Assembly: GCA_003056165.1 (NCBI GenBank)
Contig: LSNR01000014.1
Span: forward strand, 70,408 to 134,407
DNA: 64,000 nucleotides
Reading direction: 5' to 3'
From: Parcubacteria group bacterium M6-OD1-3
GTDB lineage: Bacteria; Patescibacteriota; Minisyncoccia; Moranbacterales; UBA9337
Below the pieces are notes generated by a model. That model saw nothing but the letters and a program-made list of their open reading frames with translations, searched no databases and was not told where the DNA came from. The stretch's first letter is position 1. Each line of letters begins with the position of its first letter. Positions 31,441 to 40,291 of the stretch are shown here, piece after piece. Both the position numbers and the translations under genes were made by a program.

Positions 31441-32937
31441 ATGAAATATTATTCTAAAAATAAAAAAGGTTCAATGTTAGCATATGCTCTCATCGTGATT
31501 TCAATTGTCAGTATTCTTTTAACATCCTCGATGAAAATAGTCGTGTCGCATATGAAGTATGGGCTAACAAGAGCTTCACAGGAAGAATCTTTGCAGATTG
31601 CTGAAGCAGGAATTTATTTTTATCGTTGGTACTTGGCACATAAGGTTGAGGGTTTAACAAAAAAACAAGTCCGAGTATTTTGGTCATCGGGAAATGCTTA
31701 TGGAGTGGATAGTGCTTATGAGGATGATTTCAATGGAGTAGGAAAATATAGTATTACTGTTACGCCACCAGAAGCAAACTCGACTATTGTTGTAGTTAAA
31801 TCTGTTGGTTGGAGTTATAAATATCCAAATATCAAAAGGACAGTACAAGTTCGTTTTCGACAACCTTCCTGGAGTGAATTTTCTGTTTTATGCGATTCCA
31901 ATATTCGTTTTGGAGCGGGAACTGAAGTCAATGGACCAATTCATAGTAATGGCGGAATTAGATTTGACGGTTTAGCTCATAATATTATAAGTAGTTCTGT
32001 GCAAAGTTATAATGACACAGATTCTGACGCTTGCAATGGAAATAATGAATTCGGTGTGCACACTTGTTTGCCTACTGCTGATCCAGCTTACCCAAATCCT
32101 GTCCCGAGTAGACCAGATGTTTTTGAGGCCGGAAGAACATTTCCAACTGTGGAAAAAGATTTTGATGGGGTTTTAGCTGATATTGCCGATATGAAAAATG
32201 AAGCCGGATGTTCTAATGTAGGTAGCTATTGTAGTAGTGATCATATTGTTGCTACAAACGGGATTTATTTTAATAATAGTGGTGTCGGTAGACATATTCA
32301 ATTGCAAGCTGATGGGAATTTTAGGATACGAACTATTCAATCGTATAATACTATCTTTAACAATATTGTTAATTATTCTGGTTCATGGCAAACATTTGCC
32401 ATCCCTGATGGGGGAATAATATTCGTAGAGGATAATGTTTGGGTAGAAGGAAAAATTAATAATAAAAGTGTAACAATTGTTTCGGCAGATCTTTCTGGAG
32501 GCTCAGATAGAAATATTTTTTTGCAAAATGATTTAGAATACACTAATTATGACGGGAGTGATATAATAGGATTGATTGCACAAGGTGATGTTGAAGTTAT
32601 TAAAGATAGTGAAAATGATTTGAGAATTGATGCCGCACTATTAGCTCAAAACGGGAGAGTGGGGCGAGAATATTATTCGCTGGTGTCATGGGGCTGGTTT
32701 GGCTGGGGAACATGTCCTTGTAATTGGTCATGGTGTGAAGATCATAAAGATACCATTACAGTTTATGGATCAATTGCTACTAAAAAAAGATATGGTTTTG
32801 CTTGGGGCGATGGTTGTCCAAGAAGCACTGGCTACACTAATAGAATTTTAATATATGATAATAATTTGCTATATTATCCTCCACCATATTTTCCGACAGG
32901 AACAAATTACGCCATTGATCTTTGGAATGAATTATAA
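31441..32937 (+). CDS. Large PilX-like minor pilin with C-terminal beta-rich domain ending DLWNEL
   Basis: KKG|SMLAYAL lacking Glu5, IAEAGI, GPIHSNG, YD..L.Y.PPP.F. Confidence 0.82.
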   Translation: MKYYSKNKKGSMLAYALIVISIVSILLTSSMKIVVSHMKYGLTRASQEESLQIAEAGIYFYRWYLAHKVEGLTKKQVRVFWSSGNAYGVDSAYEDDFNGVGKYSITVTPPEANSTIVVVKSVGWSYKYPNIKRTVQVRFRQPSWSEFSVLCDSNIRFGAGTEVNGPIHSNGGIRFDGLAHNIISSSVQSYNDTDSDACNGNNEFGVHTCLPTADPAYPNPVPSRPDVFEAGRTFPTVEKDFDGVLADIADMKNEAGCSNVGSYCSSDHIVATNGIYFNNSGVGRHIQLQADGNFRIRTIQSYNTIFNNIVNYSGSWQTFAIPDGGIIFVEDNVWVEGKINNKSVTIVSADLSGGSDRNIFLQNDLEYTNYDGSDIIGLIAQGDVEVIKDSENDLRIDAALLAQNGRVGREYYSLVSWGWFGWGTCPCNWSWCEDHKDTITVYGSIATKKRYGFAWGDGCPRSTGYTNRILIYDNNLLYYPPPYFPTGTNYAIDLWNEL

Positions 32938-32955
32938 AAATAAAAAATATTAAAT

Positions 32956-34020
32956 ATGAGTTTTTTAAGTAAAAAAGTAGTAAGTTTTTCTGATGATGTT
33001 ATTGGATTGGACATAGGTGCAACATCTGTAAAAGCTATCCATCTAGAAGATGGAGTAATTAAAAATTATGGATTTAGAGACATCCCCAATAGTGTCATTG
33101 TAAATGGAAAAATTATTAATGAAAAAAAATTGTCTGAAATAGTGAATATTGTTATCAATGAAGCAAAACCTAACAAAATGAAAACTAAAAAAGTTATTTG
33201 TTCAATTTCAGAGTCAAAATCATTTTTGCGCTTAATTTCTGTGCCAACAATGAATCAAGATGAATTAAGTGAAGCTGTAAAATGGGAAATAGAAGCAAAT
33301 ATTCCACTTTCGGTAGATCAAGTATATTATGATTGGAAAGTTATTGATGATATTTTTCCTAAAGATGACGGAAGGGTACATATTCTAGTTTTAGCAGCTG
33401 CTAAAAAAGTTGTTAAGCAAGTTTTAAATATCGTTGATAATGCTGGACTTGAGACTATTGGAATTGAATCTGAATCTACTGCATTGGTGCGAGCTTTGTC
33501 GGATGATAAGAATAAAAAAACAGTTTTAATTATTGAGTTGGGAAGAAATAAAACAACTTTTGTTTTTGCTATTAAAAATGTTCCTTGTTTTACCTCAAGC
33601 ATACCAGTTTCTGAACAAATGATTGTGAGTCAAATAGCTAAAAAGTTTAATGTTTCTAATGAAAAGGCAAGAAAACTTGAAGAGAAAAATGGAATAAATT
33701 CATTTTTTGAAGATGAATATCTTTTTTCTTCGATAGAGCCAGCCCTAAAAAATCTTGTTAGTGAAATAGAAAAAACTATAGATTTCTATCTAGAAGGTTT
33801 GAGATATTCAGAGGCAGTTGATGAAATAATTGTTTGTGGAAAAATGTCAAAAGAAAAAAATGTTATTACATATTTGTCAAAAAAATTAAAGAGAGAAATT
33901 AAGGTTGGAAATATATTAGCTGGGCTAAATTCTGATAAAAAAGTATTACCAATTATAAAAAGAGAGGTTGCGATACAATACGCAACAGCAATTGGACTAA
34001 CATTAGATTGCAATGAATAA
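32956..34020 (+). CDS. pilM: Second PilM
   Basis: IGLDIG, EANIPL...VYYDW, YATAIGL. Confidence 0.9.
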   Translation: MSFLSKKVVSFSDDVIGLDIGATSVKAIHLEDGVIKNYGFRDIPNSVIVNGKIINEKKLSEIVNIVINEAKPNKMKTKKVICSISESKSFLRLISVPTMNQDELSEAVKWEIEANIPLSVDQVYYDWKVIDDIFPKDDGRVHILVLAAAKKVVKQVLNIVDNAGLETIGIESESTALVRALSDDKNKKTVLIIELGRNKTTFVFAIKNVPCFTSSIPVSEQMIVSQIAKKFNVSNEKARKLEEKNGINSFFEDEYLFSSIEPALKNLVSEIEKTIDFYLEGLRYSEAVDEIIVCGKMSKEKNVITYLSKKLKREIKVGNILAGLNSDKKVLPIIKREVAIQYATAIGLTLDCNE

Positions 34021-34052
34021 ATATTAAAATTTTATTATAGATAAAAAGTAAA

Positions 34053-34613
34053 ATGAAAATAAAATTAAATCTTTTGCCCGAGAAAAGAGTAAAAGAGATG
34101 AAAAAAAAGAATATCTTGAGATTTGTAATCTGGCAAGAAATAGTGGTTATTTTTATGGTGGGAATGTTTCTTGTTATGATTAAGAGTGCTGATGTTGTAA
34201 TAAATTTGCGATTAAGTAGCTTAGATCAACAACTTTCATCCCTGAAGCTAGGAAGTGATTTTAAAAAAATAGATAAATATGAAAGTAATTTTCGCGGTGT
34301 AAATAAAAAACTTTTTTTAGTTGAGAAAGTGCAACGAGATAATATTGATTGGTTGAATATTTTTAATGATATAAATGACGCCGTTCCTGATGGTATAACA
34401 ATTGATTCGCTAGAGAATAACAATCATACAGTATCGATGACGGGAATAGCAACAACAAGGGATCGTTTAATAGTATTAAAAGGCAACCTTGATAAAATAG
34501 ACTGTTTTACAAAAGTTAATGTACCATTAAATGATATTGTTTTAAAAAAAAATATTGATTTTCAAATAGATTTTAAAGTAATCAATAAATGTTTATCAGA
34601 TTATGAAAAATAA
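34053..34613 (+). CDS. pilN: Second PilN
   Basis: IKLNLLP motif, TM, VPDGITI, TG.A..RD. Confidence 0.88.
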   Translation: MKIKLNLLPEKRVKEMKKKNILRFVIWQEIVVIFMVGMFLVMIKSADVVINLRLSSLDQQLSSLKLGSDFKKIDKYESNFRGVNKKLFLVEKVQRDNIDWLNIFNDINDAVPDGITIDSLENNNHTVSMTGIATTRDRLIVLKGNLDKIDCFTKVNVPLNDIVLKKNIDFQIDFKVINKCLSDYEK

Positions 34614-35295
34614 AAATTTATTTATACAATATAAAATATATTTTATTGGAGGTGGATTGCTAATTTTAATCGTGGCTATGGTTTTTTTAGTCGTTAAACC
34701 AGCATTTAACAAGCTCAATAATGATAGCGATGCCGTACAAAAAAAAGCTTTAGATATGCAAATTGAGAAAAGTAAATTATCCAAATTATCGGAGCTTAGG
34801 CAAAAATTTAGCATTATTGAATCCGAGCAGGATAAATTAGATATTTTATTTACTGATGATAAAATTGTTGATTTAGTCCAAGAATTGGAATATGTAGCTG
34901 ACAAAACGAATAATGATATTTCGATTAAAATTGAAGAATTAGTCAAGAAGAAAAAGAATGGGCAGTTAAAAAATACGCTAGAAGATGATTCACTTACTAA
35001 TTTTAAAGATGAAGATTATTTTGAAATGGAAATAAGTTTAACAGGAAATTACGAAAATTTATTACGATTTATCCATAAACTCGATAATATGCCATATTAT
35101 AATAGTTTGTTAAAATTCAATATTACTGTTACCGAAATTGATGTTAAAAATGATAAAAAAACAATTATGCCAAATAATATTAGTATTAATTTATTCAACG
35201 GAAACAAAATTAACAATAGCAGTCAAGATGTCCCAGAAAATAAGAAAAAAGTCTTACAGTCTAAATTAAGTGTAATTTTTTATTTAAATAAATGA
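34603..35295 (+). CDS. pilO: Second PilO-like protein
   Basis: TM, coiled coil, GNYENLLRFIHKLDNMP. Confidence 0.8.
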   Translation: MKNKNLFIQYKIYFIGGGLLILIVAMVFLVVKPAFNKLNNDSDAVQKKALDMQIEKSKLSKLSELRQKFSIIESEQDKLDILFTDDKIVDLVQELEYVADKTNNDISIKIEELVKKKKNGQLKNTLEDDSLTNFKDEDYFEMEISLTGNYENLLRFIHKLDNMPYYNSLLKFNITVTEIDVKNDKKTIMPNNISINLFNGNKINNSSQDVPENKKKVLQSKLSVIFYLNK

Positions 35296-35633
35296 GTACT
35301 CAAAAAACAAAAAATAATATAGCTAGTCTTTTCAAATTAGCTAAATTGAAAATTACAAAATCATTGTGGAATTATTTGTTTAGAAAATCTGGATCGATCG
35401 TGATGACTTTGTTTATTGTAATTTCAATTGTTAGCGGTTTTCTTATCTATAAATATCTTTATTCTTCTGGATGGAACGACACCAAAAAACATAACTATTT
35501 AAAAGAGGCGAGCAAAAATGATGTTGACTTTAATATGAAAAAATTCGAAAAAGTTATTAAAAATATAGAAAAGAGAACTAATAATTATAAAAAAACAGAG
35601 CCATCGGAAGTAAAAGATATTTTTCGGTTTTAA
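35292..35633 (+). CDS. Single-TM hypothetical protein closing the pil operon
   Basis: Overlaps the pilO stop; one TM; ends KDIFRF. Confidence 0.7.
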   Translation: MSTQKTKNNIASLFKLAKLKITKSLWNYLFRKSGSIVMTLFIVISIVSGFLIYKYLYSSGWNDTKKHNYLKEASKNDVDFNMKKFEKVIKNIEKRTNNYKKTEPSEVKDIFRF

Positions 35634-35638
35634 AAATA

Positions 35639-35666
35639 AAAAACGACTTGAATTAAGTCGTTTTTT
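35639..35666. terminator. Bidirectional terminator between the pil operon and the tRNAs
   Basis: aaaaacgactt-gaatt-aagtcgttttt. Confidence 0.75.
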
Positions 35667-35685
35667 ATTTTTGCCTATATTGATG

Positions 35686-35757
35686 TGCCCTCGCCAGGAC
35701 TCGAACCTGGAACGCTTGGTCCGAAGCCAAGTGTGATATCCATTTCACCACGGGGGC
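35686..35757 (-). tRNA. tRNA-Arg(TCG)
   Basis: Cloverleaf; cttgg-ctTCGga-ccaag anticodon arm; GGTTCGAGTCC; no encoded CCA. Confidence 0.92.
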
Positions 35758-35766
35758 GTTTTCTTG

Positions 35767-35838
35767 GGCGACTACTGGGAATTGAACCCAGGTTCTCGGT
35801 ACCACAAACCGATGTCCTACCATTGGACGATAGCCGCC
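35767..35838 (-). tRNA. tRNA-His(GTG) with G-1/C73
   Basis: tcggt-ttGTGgt-accga anticodon arm; GGTTCAATTCC. Confidence 0.92.
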
Positions 35839-36100
35839 ATAAATAATATCGTACCTTAAAAGATTATCATAAATAATTAAAAATATCAACACCATATGAT
35901 ATTCGGTATCCTTTTTTACAGAATTGCAGTAATTTTGTTTACAAAAAAATATTTATTTGATATAATTATTGTGAAGAAAATTTATTTAAAAATTTTGTTA
36001 AACTGAGTACTTAAATTTAAAAAGGCAATTTTAGATAAATTATAAAAATTATAAAATCCTTTGACGATAGCTATCACTATTGGACTGCCGTTTGTGTAGG

Positions 36101-36261
36101 GGATATGAGAAGAAATTTGCAATAGCAAAAAATAGAACTCATCGGGTATGCCCGTAACAGCTGTTAACGAGAGCTTTTTATTGGTTATGTGTCAAAAAGC
36201 TAAATTAAGGTGGTACCACGATTTTATTCGTCCTTAAACATTTTGTGTTTAAGGTTTTTTT
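36101..36261 (+). promoter_or_regulatory. T-box riboswitch leader of ileS
   Basis: AAGGTGGTACCACG T-box (36207-36220), antiterminator partner cgtcc, terminator ccttaaaca-ttttg-tgtttaagg plus T-run. Confidence 0.85.
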
Positions 36262-36287
36262 GTATAAAAATTTAAAAGATTAAAGCT

Positions 36288-39200
36288 ATGTTTAAAAAAG
36301 TAGACTCAAGAAAAAAATATTCCGAAATGGAGGAGGAAATTTTAAAGTTTTGGGAAGAAAATAAAATTTTTGAAAAGTCAGTGGAAAACAGAGATAAAAA
36401 CAACACTTATGTTTTTTACGATGGGCCACCGTTTGCAACAGGGCTACCTCATTATGGACATATTGTCGGAACGGTTTTAAAAGATGTTATTCCAAGATAT
36501 TGGACAATGAAAGGAAAGCGAGTAGAGCGTCGTTGGGGTTGGGATTGTCACGGTTTGCCAATTGAAAATATTGTTGAAAAAGAACTAGGAAGCAAAACAA
36601 AAAAAGAAATTGAGGAATTGGGCGTAGATAAATTTAATAAACTTTGTCGAAGCAAAGTATTGGAATATGCTGGCGAGTGGGAAAAAATTATTCCACGCTT
36701 AGGTCGTTGGGTTGATATGAAAAATGCTTATCGGACAATGGATAAGGATTTTATGGAAAGTGTTTGGTGGACTTTTAAGCAGTTATGGGATAAAGATTTA
36801 ATTTATTATAGTTATCGTTCAATGCATATTTGTCCACGATGCGAAACAACATTGTCACAGTCAGAAGTTAGCGAGGGATACAAAGATGTGAAGGATTTGT
36901 CGGTGATTGCGAAGTTTGAGATTGAATCTGCAAGCAATAATAATGACATAAAAACCTATATTCTAGCATGGACTACAACTCCTTGGACACTTCCAGGAAA
37001 TGTTGCCTTGGCGGTGGGAAAAGATATTGATTATGTAAAAATTGAGAATAAAAGTGCAAGCTCTGCTGGAGCGGTAAAACATGCACCTGGAGAAAAGCTA
37101 ACTGACAAAATGCAGTTACCAGGGTTTTATATTATGTCTAAAAAAGCATTTTTGAATAATTTCGGTAATATTTGGGGTCTTATTATCGGAATTGATGCAG
37201 ATATGTCGTTGGTATTTTCAGAAAAGAAAACTGAGCAGGAAATTTTTAAAAAGTATAATATTGAGGAGCTAAAAGGTGCTGATTTAGTTGAATTAAAAAA
37301 ATATAAACCGCTTTGGGATATTTATGCTGATGATAAAAAATTGGAAAATAGAGAGAATGGATGGAAAATTTATGATGCTGATTTTGTGACGACCGACGAA
37401 GGAACTGGTGTGGTTCATATTGCTCCGGCGTTTGGTGAAGATGATATGAAGTTAGGCAAAGAGAAAAATTTACCATTTGTTCAGCATGTTGGAATGAACG
37501 GTGTGGTTGATAAAAAAGTAGAAGCAATCGGCGGTCTGAATGTTAAACCAATTGATAATCCACAAGCAACTGATATTGAAGTAATTAAATATTTAGCAAG
37601 CAAAGAAACATTGTTTCACAAAGAAAAATTTGAACACAGTTATCCACATTGCTGGCGTTGTGATACTCCACTTATCAATTATGCCACTGGTTCATGGTTT
37701 GTTGCTGTTACAAAAATTAAGGAACAACTATTGAAGGATGCTAAAGGTATTAACTGGACACCAGAACATATTAAAAAAGGTCGTTTTGGGAAATGGTTGG
37801 AAGGTGCGCGTGATTGGTCAATTTCTCGTCAACGATTTTGGGCAAGCGTAATGCCAATCTGGGTTTGCAATAAATGTGATCACAAAAAAGTTTTTGGTAA
37901 TGTTGTTGATTTAGAAAAAATTAGTGGAGAAAAAATTGATGATTTACACAAGCATAGCGTGGACAAAATTACTTTTAAATGTGATTCGCCAACTGGCGAA
38001 TGTAATGGAACAATGCATCGTGTGCCAGATGTTTTGGACACTTGGTTTGATAGCGGTTCAATGCCTTATGGTCAAACTCATTATCCTTTTGAAAATAAAG
38101 AGAAATTTGAAAAAAGCTTTCCAGCGGATTTTATTGCTGAAGGAATTGATCAAACACGAGCTTGGTTTTATTATCTACATATTATTGCTGGCGGAATTTT
38201 TAATCAAAAAGCTTTTAAAAATGTAATTGTTAATGGAATTGTTTTAGCGGAAGACGGACAAAAAATGGCCAAGAAGTTGCAGAATTATCCAGATCCGATG
38301 AGTATGGTAAATGAATATGGAGCAGATTCTTTGCGATTTTATTTAGCTCAATCGCCAGTAGTTAATGCCAATGATTTAAATTTCAATAAAAAAGATTTGG
38401 AAGAAATTTCTCGGGGAACTTTTCGAATGTTATGGCAGAGTTATAGCTTTTTTGTGATGTATGCCAATATTGATAAGTATAAAGTAGAAAATAATGAGTA
38501 TAAGGTAAGTGAAAATATTTTAGATAAGTGGCTTGTTTCTGAATTACATCAACTAATCAAAAATGTCGATGAACGATTAGAGAATTATGAGTTAATGCAA
38601 GCAACTAGATTATTTGCTCCATTTATTGATAATCTTTCTAATTGGTATATTCGTCGTAGTCGGAAAAGATTTTGGAAAAGTGAAAATGATAATGATAAAA
38701 ATAAGGCTTATGAAACTTTGCATTATGTGCTAGTAGAATTATCTAAAGTTATTGCTCCTTTTGCGCCGTTTATTGCTGACGAAATTTATCGTAATTTGGT
38801 TAGTGGTGCTCAGCCAGCAGTTCGCAGTGAAAACAAGGATATTTCTGTTCATTTGCAAGATTATCCTGTAGCTGATAAAAATTTGATTGATAAAGAGTTA
38901 AACAAAAAAATGAAAAAAATACGAGAAATTATTACTGTTGGTTTACAATTGCGAGCTAGAAATCAAGTAAAAGTTAGACAACCTTTGTCACAATTAAAGA
39001 TTGCAACAACACAGACTAATGCAAACTTAACGCGGACTGACACAAGCGAGCTACTAAATGATGAGTTTACTGAAATTATTAAAGAAGAATTGAATATTAA
39101 AAGTGTGGTGCAAGAGAATTTTAAATTTGATGATGTGGCAAAAGATATGGAGGAAGTTGGTGATATTAAAATTTTATTAGATACGGAAATTACCCCAGAG

Positions 39201-39467
39201 TTAAAATTGGAAGGAGAGGCAAGGGAGGTTATTCGGGCTATTCAGCAGATGCGTAAAGAAGCAGATTATCAACTTGACGACCGCATAAAAATATGCTATA
39301 GTGGAATGTCTGAGGTTTTTGAAAATTATAGCGACCTAGTCGCTAAAGAAACTTTAGCAATTGAAATAGAACCTTTACAAAATAATTTAGATCAAAAATT
39401 CGATTTGAAAAAAGAGTTTGAATTTGATAAAGAAAACTTAAGTTTGGCAATAAAAATCGCAGAATAA
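36288..39467 (+). CDS. ileS: Isoleucyl-tRNA synthetase (type 2)
   Basis: DGPPFATGLPHYGH, WTTTPWTLP, DWSISRQR, KMAKK (KMSKS equivalent). Confidence 0.97.
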   Translation: MFKKVDSRKKYSEMEEEILKFWEENKIFEKSVENRDKNNTYVFYDGPPFATGLPHYGHIVGTVLKDVIPRYWTMKGKRVERRWGWDCHGLPIENIVEKELGSKTKKEIEELGVDKFNKLCRSKVLEYAGEWEKIIPRLGRWVDMKNAYRTMDKDFMESVWWTFKQLWDKDLIYYSYRSMHICPRCETTLSQSEVSEGYKDVKDLSVIAKFEIESASNNNDIKTYILAWTTTPWTLPGNVALAVGKDIDYVKIENKSASSAGAVKHAPGEKLTDKMQLPGFYIMSKKAFLNNFGNIWGLIIGIDADMSLVFSEKKTEQEIFKKYNIEELKGADLVELKKYKPLWDIYADDKKLENRENGWKIYDADFVTTDEGTGVVHIAPAFGEDDMKLGKEKNLPFVQHVGMNGVVDKKVEAIGGLNVKPIDNPQATDIEVIKYLASKETLFHKEKFEHSYPHCWRCDTPLINYATGSWFVAVTKIKEQLLKDAKGINWTPEHIKKGRFGKWLEGARDWSISRQRFWASVMPIWVCNKCDHKKVFGNVVDLEKISGEKIDDLHKHSVDKITFKCDSPTGECNGTMHRVPDVLDTWFDSGSMPYGQTHYPFENKEKFEKSFPADFIAEGIDQTRAWFYYLHIIAGGIFNQKAFKNVIVNGIVLAEDGQKMAKKLQNYPDPMSMVNEYGADSLRFYLAQSPVVNANDLNFNKKDLEEISRGTFRMLWQSYSFFVMYANIDKYKVENNEYKVSENILDKWLVSELHQLIKNVDERLENYELMQATRLFAPFIDNLSNWYIRRSRKRFWKSENDNDKNKAYETLHYVLVELSKVIAPFAPFIADEIYRNLVSGAQPAVRSENKDISVHLQDYPVADKNLIDKELNKKMKKIREIITVGLQLRARNQVKVRQPLSQLKIATTQTNANLTRTDTSELLNDEFTEIIKEELNIKSVVQENFKFDDVAKDMEEVGDIKILLDTEITPELKLEGEAREVIRAIQQMRKEADYQLDDRIKICYSGMSEVFENYSDLVAKETLAIEIEPLQNNLDQKFDLKKEFEFDKENLSLAIKIAE

Positions 39468-39576
39468 CTTTACCTCAAAAAGCACCATCACTGCAAATGT
39501 TTGTAAAAATTTATAAATATTTGTGGTGATGGTGAAGAAATAAAAAAAAAGCGGAAATTGTCCGCGAGGAGGGGAT

Positions 39577-39966
39577 ATGAAATATATTGTGATATGGATG
39601 ATGATGTATGTCATCATTCAGATGTTTTTGTTTTCTGCTGATAAAATTTCTCCGTCTGGTGGAGACAAAGTTAAAAGGGAGAAAAAAATGACGGAAATTT
39701 ACCTAGAAATGTGGGCAAGTACAGTAGCTTTGTTTTTGGCGACTGAAGTTGTCCGCAATTTTTCTTTTGTGAAACTGAAAAGTTTCGCGAAAAAAATTTG
39801 GAATGATTTCTTGTGGTTTATTGAAAATCACGAGGAGTGTCCGGAATGTGGAAGTCAGGAGTACTCAATTGTAGTACTACCAGAACTTCCACATCCGATG
39901 TATTGGGATAGCAGTTATATTCCAATGGCACGAAAAAAATGTAAAAAATGCGGAACGATTTATTGA
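39577..39966 (+). CDS. Hypothetical protein with hydrophobic N-terminus and Zn-ribbon (CPECG...CKKCG); alternative start 39688
   Basis: GAGGAGGG RBS; two CxxC motifs. Confidence 0.65.
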   Translation: MKYIVIWMMMYVIIQMFLFSADKISPSGGDKVKREKKMTEIYLEMWASTVALFLATEVVRNFSFVKLKSFAKKIWNDFLWFIENHEECPECGSQEYSIVVLPELPHPMYWDSSYIPMARKKCKKCGTIY

Positions 39967-40129
39967 GGCTAAATCGTTCCGCAAAAAACCGAGGACAACC
40001 ATTGTGTTGTACTCGGTTTTAAATTTGTTTAATAAATACTCCGGTTTTTTTACCTCGAAAATTAGAAATCTTGCAATGCTTGTCTGGTGGGCAGGAATGA
40101 CTTTCTAAAACAGTCTATTGATTAGCCTG

Positions 40130-40151
40130 GTAACGTACCATGGTACGTTAC
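40130..40151. repeat. Perfect 22-bp palindrome
   Basis: gtaacgtacca|tggtacgttac. Confidence 0.8.
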
Positions 40152-40291
40152 TTAGTCTTTGCAGTGGAATTTGTTTTTGAACAATATCTAATCTTTTTAA
40201 CTGATGGTTTGACTTAAAACCTCTTTTGAAATATTATTAGGTTAAATAGATAGAAAATTTTACAATCGTTATCAAAAAATAATAAATTTAT

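Noticed and set aside
34498-34516. TAGACTGTTTTACAAAAGT inside pilN2 resembling the TAGACT end motif
   Set aside because: It lies in ordinary coding sequence (IDCFTKV) with no partner repeat, so it is likely chance.
35665-35895. 76-aa minus-strand ORF
   Set aside because: It overlaps tRNA-Arg and tRNA-His on the same strand, so it is spurious.
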